NCBI GenBank assembly: GCA_040752695.1
Contig: JBFMGO010000034.1
Coordinates: 1-50,564 of the forward strand
Direction: 5' to 3'
Origin: a bacterium
GTDB taxonomy: Bacteria; SZUA-182; DTGQ01
DNA: 50,564 nucleotides
The translations under genes and the position numbers were made by a program. Under the pieces are notes generated by a model. That model saw nothing but the letters and a program-made list of their open reading frames with translations. It was not told the DNA's origin and made no database searches. Below, one piece after another: positions 1-9,319 of this stretch (its first letter is position 1; each line of letters opens with the position of its first letter).

Positions 1-126
1 AATTTCACTCATGATTAAGCGAGATTTCTTGACTCTTTTTACCGTTCCTGTTTCGAGCAATCTTTGTTCCCAACAGCTTTCGAATACTTTACAAAAATTA
101 TCAACATCACAGAAAATTTCTGTTAG

Positions 127-1881
127 CCCGGATTATTCATAAATCCCCAGAGGCGTTAAAAACTCCTCTCTTGTAGGAGAAAATTTTACCAAGAATGGGG
201 AATCTCCCCCCTCGAGGAGGAGCTTTTCTCCTCTGTTTACTAGATTTCCTTTGTTTTCAGAGCTTTTTTGCCAAGATTAAGCCATTTTTAGACCTACCAC
301 TCCCTTTTGAATAAAGGTGAAGATCCATACTGTCTATTTTTATTTATCTCTTATGCAGTGTTTACGCTTAATCTGAGTATCTTAAAAATATCCCCTATTC
401 TTTCTAATAAGGGTTTAAGAGGGTATGAGCTTGGCAAATGGATCTTTATCTTCGTTTTTAGCTCCCGTACCAAGGCGCCTATTTTCAAAACTCTCTGACG
501 GATGGTGGCAAAGGTAGCAGTTGCAAATTCCGTCCCCTTCAGCAGATTCTCTCTCAGAGCATGAATCAGGATGTAGGCCACCGAATGGAGGAATAGTCTA
601 AATTGATTAGCCTCAAACCTGGTGCAGGAGGTACGGTCTGATTTCAGAAAGAGCTTGTGATCCTTAATATTATTCTCCATATTCCCTCTGGCGCAGTAAA
701 TAATATCGTAGGTCTGTTGGGGCTCATCATTCTGGATATTCGTGACAACAAACCGCAGGTTTTCTCCTCTGTCTGTGATTTCCGCTTTTACGATAACCCG
801 GCGAGGCTTGTCCCAGCTAGCCGCTTGATATTCGAAAGAGTCAAAAAGCCGCACCTTTCGATGGGTAGTGCTGTACAATTGCCTGGCTTCCAGCAGCGTC
901 TGTTGTGCTAATCTTTCCAAAACGCTATTTTTTGCTTGGCCTATGGCGTACAAAATGCCATTATCATCCAGCCATTTCAAAGTCTCAGGAGCTGAGAAGT
1001 GAGAGTCTCCACGGAAAACAATAATGGTTTCTTTCCATGCTGATCGAAGCAAGGGAACAAGACGACTCAAAATGGCAACCACCTCTCTGGAGCTGGTCCT
1101 CTTGCCAGGGCGTAAGATCGTGGTGATCAGCCTTCCACTCAACCCCTCATACACATGCAATGGTTCATAACAATATCCCCCATAATAGGTGTTGAACAGG
1201 CTCAACTGTTGTGCTCCATGCACAGCATCATCGGTATCATCAAAATCTAACACCACAATGGCTGGCTCTTCCCGATATGATGCTATAAAGTGATTGGCAA
1301 AGGCATAGCCAATCCTCACTAAGTCCTTGCGAGATATTGCGTTCTCAAACCGACTCATCGTGGGCTGGCTCGCCAGTGCATCTCCACTGATTGGCTCCCT
1401 CCCAGCAGCCATCTTCATGGATGGGTCATGCCGCAGGGAATTACAATCATTGCCATCCTCATACCCACACCCAATCTGGATCACTCTTTGCTTGATCAGG
1501 CTCTCCAACTGCTGTCTGACATACCGCTGATCCCTCTTATCCCTGATGCATTCGGTCACAGCTTTAATGATTCCTGTTTGCTTTTCAACCTCTCTCAAAA
1601 GTAATGCTCCGATATCAGAGGTTAAATCTCCCCCTCCAAAATCAAGCTCTACTCTCTTATGGGCAATTTCTGACAAATTGATGCTCTTCCCATGTAAAAT
1701 CTCACCCTCACATGAAGAGGCTTTTTTGCCAGGCGATGACAAAGATGACTTGTTATTTTGATTGTTACGAGGAACTCTCATGAACAACTCCTTCTGTAAA
1801 CTCTCTGAACCAAATTTAGACTTGTTCATTATATAACAAATAGTTAACCTTTGCACGCCTTATTTTCATGAATAATCCGGG
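127..1881 (-). mobile_element. IS1380-family insertion sequence
   Basis: Perfect 14-bp TIRs CCCGGATTATTCAT (127-140) / ATGAATAATCCGGG (1868-1881). TTAG is duplicated at 123-126 and 1882-1885 (GTTAGC if each end is moved in by 1 bp). The empty site is visible at 5196-5204. Confidence 0.93.
351..1781 (-). CDS. IS1380-family DDE transposase
   Basis: Motifs FGGGDLTSDIG, ASQPTMSRFEN, LDFDDTDD, FRGDSHF, YCARGNMENNIKDHK. ATG at 1781 has an AGGAG RBS; the ORF is open to 1856. Confidence 0.92.
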   Translation of the reverse strand: MRVPRNNQNNKSSLSSPGKKASSCEGEILHGKSINLSEIAHKRVELDFGGGDLTSDIGALLLREVEKQTGIIKAVTECIRDKRDQRYVRQQLESLIKQRVIQIGCGYEDGNDCNSLRHDPSMKMAAGREPISGDALASQPTMSRFENAISRKDLVRIGYAFANHFIASYREEPAIVVLDFDDTDDAVHGAQQLSLFNTYYGGYCYEPLHVYEGLSGRLITTILRPGKRTSSREVVAILSRLVPLLRSAWKETIIVFRGDSHFSAPETLKWLDDNGILYAIGQAKNSVLERLAQQTLLEARQLYSTTHRKVRLFDSFEYQAASWDKPRRVIVKAEITDRGENLRFVVTNIQNDEPQQTYDIIYCARGNMENNIKDHKLFLKSDRTSCTRFEANQFRLFLHSVAYILIHALRENLLKGTEFATATFATIRQRVLKIGALVRELKTKIKIHLPSSYPLKPLLERIGDIFKILRLSVNTA

Positions 1882-2071
1882 TTAGCATGGCTTTTGGTCC
1901 CCCCTTCTTGGTTTTTCTCTGATGCAATTAATTCTACCAAGATCGGGGGACTTGCCTATGTCGAACTCACGTTATAATAGTATTCAACCGTGCATGGTAG
2001 GAACTCGCTTTGTCCATGTGCGGCCAGGTCTCGGATAGGTGCCGTTAACACCTTCCGGGACCACTGTAAAA

Positions 2072-2458
2072 TTACTCCTTTTTCTTCGCGGAGCCATGTC
2101 CTTGATGTGAGCTTAGCGGCTCTTGGCAACAATGAACAATTTTTTTTGTCTTAGGATCAATTACTTTTTCAAAGTAAAAATCGTTTTCTCTATCTATTAC
2201 CCTATCTATTTTCATCCACTTTCCAGTTTTTTTGTGCAAGTCTGCCCCAGTAATGCTTTCATAAGAATGACGCCCAGGCACCCTACCTCTTTTATGTCTT
2301 AACCCTAATTTGGAGTAAACCTTAATTTTTTCTTCTATAGAAACCTCAAATGAGCGACTTATGGAACCACACATAGGGCAAGGGATACGCATTTCAGGCA
2401 AAAGAGACTCATTCAATATAAGCCCACATTTTTTGCATGTTATTGGTTTTTGATTCAT
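2072..2458 (-). CDS. Hypothetical protein with N-terminal Zn-ribbon (CKKC...CPMC)
   Basis: 128-aa ORF with two CxxC pairs and an AGGAG RBS; function unknown. Confidence 0.7.
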   Translation of the reverse strand: MNQKPITCKKCGLILNESLLPEMRIPCPMCGSISRSFEVSIEEKIKVYSKLGLRHKRGRVPGRHSYESITGADLHKKTGKWMKIDRVIDRENDFYFEKVIDPKTKKIVHCCQEPLSSHQGHGSAKKKE

Positions 2459-2534
2459 TTTTGAAGATTATCTCCTTATTATCAAACTCGTTGAGAGACG
2501 AACTTACAAATCACTAATTTGTCTATGACCGCCT

Positions 2535-3026
2535 TTAGTCCTCTTTATCTATGCAGTACGTTGTAGATACCTTCCCGCTCATGGTCCTCTCATTTATCCT
2601 CTTACGCTCAAATTCCGCGAAAGATCCAAGCATCTGAAGGAATAATCGCCCCTCTGCACTTTGAGTATTGAAATTTTCGGTGACACTCTGGAGAGCAATT
2701 CCCTTCGGGTCCAGTTCATCGTCTATGAAGATAAGAAGATCTTTCAGATTACGGGACAGCCGGTCAAGTTTGAAAGTAAGGAGAACATCAACCGGATTCT
2801 CTTTGATGTAGGATACCATTTCCTGAAAATGGGTTCGGTCAGTAGATTTACCGCTTTCCCCGCCGTCAATAAAGATCCGGTCAAGAGTCCAGTCCTGCGA
2901 TATGGCATAGGCCCGGCCCCGCTCTAATTGGGTATCGATAGAAGTATTATCAATTTGACCTTCGGAAGATACACGAGCGTAGAATATTGCTCGGTTTTGT
3001 GTTTTTTGTACGGTGGGAGTTTTCAT
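2535..3026 (-). pseudogene. Serine recombinase catalytic domain, probably a truncated large serine integrase
   Basis: Motifs YARVSS, DGGESGKSTDR, KLDRLSRN, FAEFERKRINERT. The ORF stops just after helix E with no DNA-binding or recombinase domain. Confidence 0.75.
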
Positions 3027-3037
3027 AGAGACCTCTC

Positions 3038-3066
3038 TTTCCATCTGAGAGGAGTCCTGCTATAAT
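3038..3066 (+). promoter_or_regulatory. sigma70-type promoter antisense to the recombinase leader
   Basis: TTTCCA (3038-3043), N17, TATAAT (3061-3066), with an extended -10 TG. Confidence 0.6.
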
Positions 3067-3072
3067 GAATTA

Positions 3073-3156
3073 TTCGCCGTTGGTTTAGGACTCCGCAGAA
3101 TTGACCAATGGCGATTATGTCCCGGACGATGCCGCAAACATCGTTCGGGACCTTTT
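3073..3156 (+). ncRNA. Putative ~85-nt cis-antisense RNA with two stem-loops
   Basis: Stems 3074-3084/3104-3114 and 3119-3131/3139-3151 followed by CTTTT. The single mismatch in each stem is a G-U pair only on the + strand. Lies directly downstream of the promoter. Confidence 0.55.
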
Positions 3157-3532
3157 ACGATTCTTTTTGTTTTGACATGAGAAGCTGTAAAAGAGTCTGA
3201 TTCAATTGGGCAAATTGAGTATCTATCTTTTGGGATAAAGTATCAATTCTTTGGCTCATCTGTGCAAATTGAGTATCTGTTTTTTGGGATAAGGTATCAA
3301 TTCTTTGGCTCATCTGTGCAAATTGAGTATCTGTTTTTTGGGATAAGTTATCGATACGTTGCCCCAGGCTATCAACCCTTTGTCCCAGGCTATCAATACG
3401 CTGGTTCAGATACCGAAAATCTTCTTCCTGTCGTTGCTTAATCTCACTGGTTTTCATTTCTATTTCTTGGTAAACATCATCCAGGGTAATTCTTCTGATT
3501 ACTTTTGTTGCTGTTGATAATGGTTCTTTCAT
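3155..3532 (-). CDS. Coiled-coil tandem-repeat protein
   Basis: Heptads (R[IV]D[SN]L[GS]Q) and 18-aa repeats KTDTQFAQMSQRIDTLSQ. ATGA overlap with the upstream excisionase. Confidence 0.8.
   Translation of the reverse strand: MKEPLSTATKVIRRITLDDVYQEIEMKTSEIKQRQEEDFRYLNQRIDSLGQRVDSLGQRIDNLSQKTDTQFAQMSQRIDTLSQKTDTQFAQMSQRIDTLSQKIDTQFAQLNQTLLQLLMSKQKES
3210..3347. repeat. 54-bp coding tandem repeat (~2.5 copies)
   Basis: GCAAATTGAGTATCT recurs at 3210, 3264 and 3318. Confidence 0.9.
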
Positions 3533-3723
3533 TTTGATGCCGCCTTTAGTTCGTCAGTTTCACCCCTGACAAATCTATCAAGGTCTTCTCTCAAAAATCT
3601 ATAACTGCGCCCTAGTTTATTACCTCTTATTTTTCCTTCATGAACCATCCTAAGGAAAGTCTTTTTTGTAGTTTTGAGGTATTCAATCGCCTCATTGGTA
3701 GTCATTACGGTTTCATTTTCCAT
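3529..3723 (-). CDS. Excisionase-family HTH DNA-binding protein
   Basis: 64 aa with MTTNEAIEYLK...GKIRGNKLGRSYRF...DLDRF, the typical HTH_17/Xis pattern. Confidence 0.88.
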   Translation of the reverse strand: MENETVMTTNEAIEYLKTTKKTFLRMVHEGKIRGNKLGRSYRFLREDLDRFVRGETDELKAASK

Positions 3724-3765
3724 TTTTTATCCTCACATATAATTAAAAATTCTTAACTACTCCTA

Positions 3766-3795
3766 AGTATACTACCTATTTTATCGACATGTCAA
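3766..3795 (-). promoter_or_regulatory. sigma70 promoter of the xis operon
   Basis: TTGACA-N18-TATACT on the minus strand, 42 bp upstream of the xis start. Confidence 0.7.
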
Positions 3796-3909
3796 TAACT
3801 TTATTCAATACTTCACATTATCCTGGATTTTTTTCAAGGTCTATGGCTAAAATATTAAGGATATTGATTAACTATATAAAAAATATAGCCATAGGAAGAA
3901 ATAAAAACG

Positions 3910-4302
3910 ATGAAAAAAATAATTATTGCTTTAATTCTAACTTTAGCATTGGGAGGATGTAGAAGGGTTAACACACTGCGCTGCTGGGTTAATTCGATAA
4001 GTACCCCTAATAATACTACCAGCCGTTATGTCTTAATGTCAGGTATGGAAGGAATAACTGAAGATGACTTACAATTTCAAGAGCTTTGTAAATATCTCGA
4101 TAACGCATTGAAAGAAAAAGGATATATTAAAAGTGTTGACCAAGAAAATACGGATATAATCATTTTTCTCCGGTACGGTATAGAAAGTGAGCAAACTAAC
4201 CAGGTAGGACGCGGAATCACCCTGCCAATTCCAATAGTGAGCCTAACCAAAAATCGTACAAAATCTATCACAACTTTCTTCCCCTACATAAAATTAACGT
4301 GA
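3910..4302 (+). pseudogene. Lipoprotein (DUF4136-like) truncated by IS982
   Basis: Signal peptide with lipobox LGGC. The last codon and the stop are supplied by the IS982 TIR. Confidence 0.65.
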
Positions 4303-5288
4303 GTTCGACATAGCTAAATTGCAACCATGGGCAAATTTTGATCATACCAATGAAGGTTTAATGATGGTTTCTTGGGCAAGTAGGTGTAAGCTACGAACCC
4401 AGAGATCAGATTAACCAAAAAGCTGGCTGAACTTCTGTGCCTTGTATGTTCTACTTGACATATATTTTTTAACTCATCATTCACGGTTTCGATAAGAGAC
4501 CTTTTCCTGAGGAATATTTTATCCATGAGGGGAATGAGTTTGTTTTTCATATTCTTCTTTATCTTCGTAATGAGTTCAATCCCTCTTTGTAGAAGGGTTT
4601 CAAAAAGATCATGGGATATGTATCCCTTATCACCAAAGAGTTTTCCAAAAAGATCTTTGGTCAATTTATCTATGAGGTCTCTGTTTCGATCATCCACATT
4701 GCCAGGGGTGAGATTAAAGGAGAGCAACTCTCCCTTGTCATTGATAACAATATGGAGTTTAAAGCCATAGAACCATCCTACAGAGGATTTTCCTCTTTGG
4801 GCACTGCCCTTAAGCACACGATGAGAGTGAATCCTTCTGGGATGGCACACCTCTAAGGGGGTGGAATCAATAAATGAAATTCCCGTTATCTTGCCAAGCC
4901 TCTGGGTTTGAAGGTAAAACAGCAAGGGAACTATAATCCCTTGTGATAGCTCTACAAACCTGTTATAACTTACCAGGTTTGGGAAGGCTGAATGATGAGA
5001 GCCGCATATAAAATTTACATAGTAATCTTTAAAAATTCTAAATTTAGAGAAATGAAAGTATATGACTATAGTCATAATTTCACTCATGATTAAGCGAGAT
5101 TTCTTGACTCTTTTTACCGTTCCTGTTTCGAGCAATCTTTGTTCCCAACAGCTTTCGAATACTTTACAAAAATTATCAACATCACAGAAAATTTCTGTTA
5201 GCATGGCTTTTGGTCCCCCCTTCTTGGTTTTTCTCTGATGCAATTAATTCTACCAAGATCGGGGGACTTGCCTATGTCGAACTCACGT
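4297..5288 (-). mobile_element. IS982-family insertion sequence, intact copy 2
   Basis: Perfect 17-bp TIRs ACGTGAGTTCGACATAG (4297-4313 / 5272-5288). Flanks AAAATTA / TAAATTA form an imperfect direct repeat. Confidence 0.93.
4314..5204 (-). CDS. IS982-family transposase
   Basis: Motifs SEIMTI, FPNLVSYNRFVE, FIDSTPL, GWFYGFKLH, LFGDKGYIS, RKRSLIETVND. Confidence 0.93.
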   Translation of the reverse strand: MLTEIFCDVDNFCKVFESCWEQRLLETGTVKRVKKSRLIMSEIMTIVIYFHFSKFRIFKDYYVNFICGSHHSAFPNLVSYNRFVELSQGIIVPLLFYLQTQRLGKITGISFIDSTPLEVCHPRRIHSHRVLKGSAQRGKSSVGWFYGFKLHIVINDKGELLSFNLTPGNVDDRNRDLIDKLTKDLFGKLFGDKGYISHDLFETLLQRGIELITKIKKNMKNKLIPLMDKIFLRKRSLIETVNDELKNICQVEHTRHRSSASFLVNLISGFVAYTYLPKKPSLNLHWYDQNLPMVAI

Positions 5289-5292
5289 TAAA

Positions 5293-5451
5293 TTATGACC
5301 TTCCACGGTAAAACAGCGGCCAAAGGATGATATGGATTATTAAACTCCGCAGGCTTGCAGCGTGATCATGGCAGGATTTGTTTGGCTCCACGATGATACA
5401 ATTGGCCCCGATAATAAAATAAAGGACAAAGGGAACAATTAAAATATCCAT
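5293..5451 (-). CDS. Unannotated 52-aa small membrane protein
   Basis: Manual translation: MDILIVPFVLYFIIGANCIIVEPNKSCHDHAASLRSLIIHIILWPLFYRGRS*. AAGGTG RBS and two hydrophobic segments; shorter than any ORF in the supplied track. Confidence 0.5.
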   Translation of the reverse strand: MDILIVPFVLYFIIGANCIIVEPNKSCHDHAASLRSLIIHIILWPLFYRGRS

Positions 5452-5619
5452 GATGCACCTTTCTAAAAATAGTATGAGAAATTTGACTTCGTATTTAGTA
5501 TGAGATAAATTCCAAAGCGTGTTTCTGTAATGGATACCTGCATGAGAATTCCGTTAGGCCATTTTCACCTTTTCGTGCATTAATTCGCTCCCTTGGTGGT
5601 TACTTTATTTTGATCAAAA

Positions 5620-5635
5620 TGCAAAATCAGTACCA
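5620..5635 (-). promoter_or_regulatory. Candidate sigma54 (-24/-12) promoter
   Basis: TGGTACTGATTTTGCA (GG-N10-GC), facing the 52-aa ORF. Confidence 0.45.
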
Positions 5636-5772
5636 CGGGATATTTTCCGGAAACTCCTACCCATATCAGGTCTGAATCAGGTCTGAATCACTGAAAAAGG
5701 TACACTGTATTGTCAGAAGTTGAACAAATGGGTATTCATTCATGATTCAAATGTTATATCAATTACCATCGG

Positions 5773-5873
5773 TGGTCAGTGTTATGCCTGTTCCTGGCGA
5801 TTATCACCACTGGTCAGTGTTACGTCTGTTCCTGGCAATTACTGCCAGAAGATCAGCGCTTTTCTGTCCCTGG
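5773..5873. repeat. 38-bp imperfect tandem repeat (2 copies plus a degenerate third)
   Basis: TGGTCAGTGTTA(T/C)G(C/T)CTGTTCCTGGC at 5773 and 5811; degenerate copy near 5850. Confidence 0.75.
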
Positions 5874-5914
5874 TTTTCCGGGAACACAGGCAGAAAAGCC
5901 GAGTCCATCACCCA

Positions 5915-7855
5915 TCAGTTGTCAACATTTAAGCTTTCTCCCTCTTCCCTTCTGCTGTCTGCGGCTTCAACAATTAATGCTTCCACGTCAGCCTCTCCGA
6001 GTACTTCCTTTTCCATGAGCGCACTGGCCAGCCTGTCGAGGGTAGGGCGGTTCTTCAGTAGAATTTCCTCTGCCAGATGAAGAGCGGCTTGCAGCATGGA
6101 TCGAATTTCCTGGTCGATGATAACCGCTGTCCGCTCGCTGAAATCCTTTTCCTGAGCAATCTCCTTGCCAAGAAAAACATGCCCCTCGCCATGACGAAAG
6201 GCCACAGGCCCCAACCGCTCACTCATTCCCCAATTGCAGATCATTCGTCTGGCCAGTTGCGTGGCCTGCTTCAGGTCATTTTCCGCACCGGAAGTAACAT
6301 CATTGAACATCAGCTTTTCCGCGGCCCTGCCGCCAAGGCCGATTACCAGCCGGTGCATCAGGTAGGATTGAAAGTAATTATGCTGATCCTCATTGGGAAG
6401 CTGTTCGGTTACGCCCAAAGACCGTCCCCTGGGAATGATAGTGACCTTATGAATAGGATCAGAATCGGCGAAAGACTTGGCCACCAGGGTATGTCCTGCC
6501 TCATGATAGGCTACGATCTTTTTTTCCTTTTCGTTTAATAAATCCTCCCGCAGTCCTCCCAGGATAATTTTGTCTTTTGATTTTTCCAGATCTTCCATGT
6601 CCACCTGATCCTTGTTTTGACGCGCTGCATCGATGGCCGCCTCATTGACCAGATTTTCCAGATCGGCTCCGGAAAATCCAGGAGTCCCCTTGGCCAATAC
6701 CTCCAGGTCTACATCAGCAGCAAGCCGAACCTTTCGGGTGTGGACCTTCAAAATCTGCAACCTGCCTTCCCGGTGGGGCCTTTCGATAACCACCTGGCGG
6801 TCGAACCTCCCCGGCCTGATCAAAGCGGGATCGAGGACATCCGGACGGTTGGTGGCCGCAATGACGACCACGGAATGATGTTCACCGAATCCGTCCATCT
6901 CGGCCAGGATTTGATTCAAGGTCTGTTCCCGCTCATCCTGTCCGCCTCCGAGCCCTGCCCCCCGGTATCGCCCCACCGAATCGATTTCATCGATAAAAAT
7001 AATGCTTGGAGCATTTCTTTTGGCTTTTCCAAATAAATCCCGCACCCTGGAGGCACCAACACCTACGAACATTTCGATAAACTGTGATCCGGAAATGGAA
7101 TAAAAGGGAACATCAGCCTCTCCTGCCACAGCACGGGCCATCAGGGTTTTCCCCGTTCCCGGCGGTCCCATCAGAAGAATCCCTCGTGGGATCTTTCCTC
7201 CCAGCCGCTCATACCTTTTCGGCTCCTTCAAATAAGAGACAATATCCATCAACTCCTGTTTGGCATGGTTCAGACCCGCCACATCATCGAACGTGATATT
7301 GCTTTTGGTCTTTTTATACAAGCTGGCCCCCGATTTATTAAACCGGTTGAAGAGGGCATTCTGGCTGTTGTTCAGCTTCTTGCTGGTATACCAGAAAAAC
7401 CCGAGAATCAGGACCCAGGGCAAGACGAAAATCATGAGGCTCAAAATCCATTCGCTTCCCTTATCCGTCCTGATGATTACCCGTGCTTTGACCAATTCCC
7501 GCATCAGGTCCTGGTCGCCGAACTTGGGTATCCGGGTTGAGAAGTACTGGGACCCCTTTCTCATATCGGGGGAGGGGGATTGGTCTAAAGAGACAGCCTG
7601 GACAAATTCTCCACTGATGGCTTCGTTATGGGTTATGACTTCTTTAATGTTTCTTTTAGCCAATTCCTCTTTGAACTCGCTGTATGGAATCTCGATGTAC
7701 TCTCTTTTCTGGCTCCCGTAGAGAAAAAGCTCGTAAAAGATTATCGTTAGGATGAAGATCACAAAAAGATGCTTCCAGAGGCCGCCCCTTGGTGAGGGTT
7801 TTTCTTTATCGGCATCTTCAGGATCATCATTCCATTTATCATTTTCTATCCTCAT
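5915..7855 (-). CDS. ftsH: ATP-dependent zinc metalloprotease FtsH
   Basis: Two N-terminal TM segments, Walker A GPPGTGKT, Walker [22 protein letters not shown], Zn motif HEAGH. Confidence 0.97.
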   Translation of the reverse strand: MRIENDKWNDDPEDADKEKPSPRGGLWKHLFVIFILTIIFYELFLYGSQKREYIEIPYSEFKEELAKRNIKEVITHNEAISGEFVQAVSLDQSPSPDMRKGSQYFSTRIPKFGDQDLMRELVKARVIIRTDKGSEWILSLMIFVLPWVLILGFFWYTSKKLNNSQNALFNRFNKSGASLYKKTKSNITFDDVAGLNHAKQELMDIVSYLKEPKRYERLGGKIPRGILLMGPPGTGKTLMARAVAGEADVPFYSISGSQFIEMFVGVGASRVRDLFGKAKRNAPSIIFIDEIDSVGRYRGAGLGGGQDEREQTLNQILAEMDGFGEHHSVVVIAATNRPDVLDPALIRPGRFDRQVVIERPHREGRLQILKVHTRKVRLAADVDLEVLAKGTPGFSGADLENLVNEAAIDAARQNKDQVDMEDLEKSKDKIILGGLREDLLNEKEKKIVAYHEAGHTLVAKSFADSDPIHKVTIIPRGRSLGVTEQLPNEDQHNYFQSYLMHRLVIGLGGRAAEKLMFNDVTSGAENDLKQATQLARRMICNWGMSERLGPVAFRHGEGHVFLGKEIAQEKDFSERTAVIIDQEIRSMLQAALHLAEEILLKNRPTLDRLASALMEKEVLGEADVEALIVEAADSRREEGESLNVDN

Positions 7856-7998
7856 GTTTGGCTCCTGCTATTTATTAGTCAAAATAGCCCGAAAAAGGCT
7901 GAGATTTTGCTTTCTTTATCTTTATATTTGTATAGTCCTCTCTTGGATATTTCGGGTAATTTTTCAAAAAGGACGAGAAATGATCCGTTTATCTATAA

Positions 7999-8036
7999 AA
8001 AAAGGCACAATTCAAAAGTATGGATTGTGCCTTTTT
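7999..8036. terminator. Candidate intrinsic terminator hairpin
   Basis: AAAAAGGCACAAT ... ATTGTGCCTTTTT downstream of the FAD oxidoreductase gene. Confidence 0.55.
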
Positions 8037-8140
8037 ATCTTGAGACTGGTTTTAGAATAGATCCCACATTGCTTAAGGAATCGCTTCAGTTAGTCGATGA
8101 GTAAGTCTCGACACTTGAGCTGCGATTGCCCTTTAATTCG

Positions 8141-9250
8141 CTAGCTCATTACCCCTGCCACCAACTCTGCTACCATCCGGGCGATAGCCTGACTGGCGGT
8201 CAGGCCTGGTGACTCGATGCCGACCAGATTGATAAGGCCGAAGAGGCCAATATCGGATTCCTCCTTGACGATAAAATCCCTAAAAGGATCATGGGGACCT
8301 TGAATTTTTGGCCTGATTCCTGACATATCAGGAACGATTGCCTCTTTTTCCAGATTGGCTATGATTTTACTTGCTGCCTGATGGAAATGTTCCGCCTTGC
8401 TTTCCCTGACCTGATAGTCGATTTCGCTGACATACTCTGCATCCGGGCCGAAACGAAGCCGTGCCCCCATATCCAGAGTGGCATGGACGCCGAGGTAGTG
8501 GCTACCCGGTAAGGGATAAACCAGCCTGTTGACAGGTGAGTGCCTGGCATAGGAAAAATAGTCCCCTTTGCACAGGTAAAGCCGGTATCCCCTCTGATCA
8601 ATGTCGATCCCGGCAAGAGAGGCAATCCGGTCGGAAAAAAGGCCAGCGCAGTTGATGACCACGTGAGAGCGGAACCGGTAGTTATCCTGCTCTATGCCGA
8701 CCGTGAATCCCGAATTCTCCTTTTGCAGCAGATTTACCTCGCTGCAATAGGCAAAATCAACTCCTCTTGACTGGCTGGCCCTGAGTAGATATTTCATCAG
8801 GGAATGCGTATCGATAATGCCGGTGTGGGGCGAATAAATTCCGGCCATGCCAAGAGCGTTGGGTTCTAAGGCGCGAATTTCTTTCTGACCGAGCACTTTC
8901 AAGCCTCTGGCACCATGTGCCGTTGCATTTTTGAACAGCGCTTCCAGCGCTTTCAGTTCATCGGGTTCGGTAGCGATAATGAACTTGCCAAGGCGCTGAT
9001 GGGGGATAGCCGCTTGTTCGCAAAGCTCGTACAGGCAATCCGCACCTTCGAGGCAGAGCTTTAATTTCAGTGAATCCGCCGGGTAATAAATCCCTGCGTG
9101 AATCACTTCACTATTTCTACTGCTTGTTTCCTGACCGAAATGCCTGTTTTTTTCTAACACTACGATATCTGTGTAGGTCTTCGACAATTCGGCAGCTATC
9201 GATAAACCGATGAGCCCTGCTCCGATTATGGTTATGTTTACTTCATCCAT
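8141..9250 (-). CDS. FAD-dependent oxidoreductase, L-2-hydroxyglutarate oxidase/dehydrogenase (LhgO/L2HGDH) family
   Basis: GAGLIG dinucleotide motif, ETSSRNSEVIHAGIYY, FGPD, GIRPK, GIESPGLTAS. Confidence 0.85.
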   Translation of the reverse strand: MDEVNITIIGAGLIGLSIAAELSKTYTDIVVLEKNRHFGQETSSRNSEVIHAGIYYPADSLKLKLCLEGADCLYELCEQAAIPHQRLGKFIIATEPDELKALEALFKNATAHGARGLKVLGQKEIRALEPNALGMAGIYSPHTGIIDTHSLMKYLLRASQSRGVDFAYCSEVNLLQKENSGFTVGIEQDNYRFRSHVVINCAGLFSDRIASLAGIDIDQRGYRLYLCKGDYFSYARHSPVNRLVYPLPGSHYLGVHATLDMGARLRFGPDAEYVSEIDYQVRESKAEHFHQAASKIIANLEKEAIVPDMSGIRPKIQGPHDPFRDFIVKEESDIGLFGLINLVGIESPGLTASQAIARMVAELVAGVMS

Positions 9251-9319
9251 CCTTGCCTTCCCTCATTTTCTGTTCCCTTACGGTATGTTCCCTTCCTTCA
9301 CCTTGCGGGGGGAAACGAA

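Larger units (their letters stand above)
1..1972 (-). mobile_element. IS982-family element copy 1 (runs off the window edge), interrupted by an IS1380-family element
   Basis: 1-126 matches 5076-5201 and 1882-1972 matches 5198-5288 of the intact copy, including the terminal CTATGTCGAACTCACGT. The transposase is split in codons 2-3 (ATG CTA ACA). Confidence 0.92.

Noticed and set aside
2535..3723. IS607-type element (HTH plus serine recombinase)
   Set aside because: HTH and recombinase are separate genes with another ORF between them, and no tnpB follows.
5761..5880. Possible mini-CRISPR array
   Set aside because: Units are contiguous with no unique spacers, only 2-3 copies, and no cas genes.
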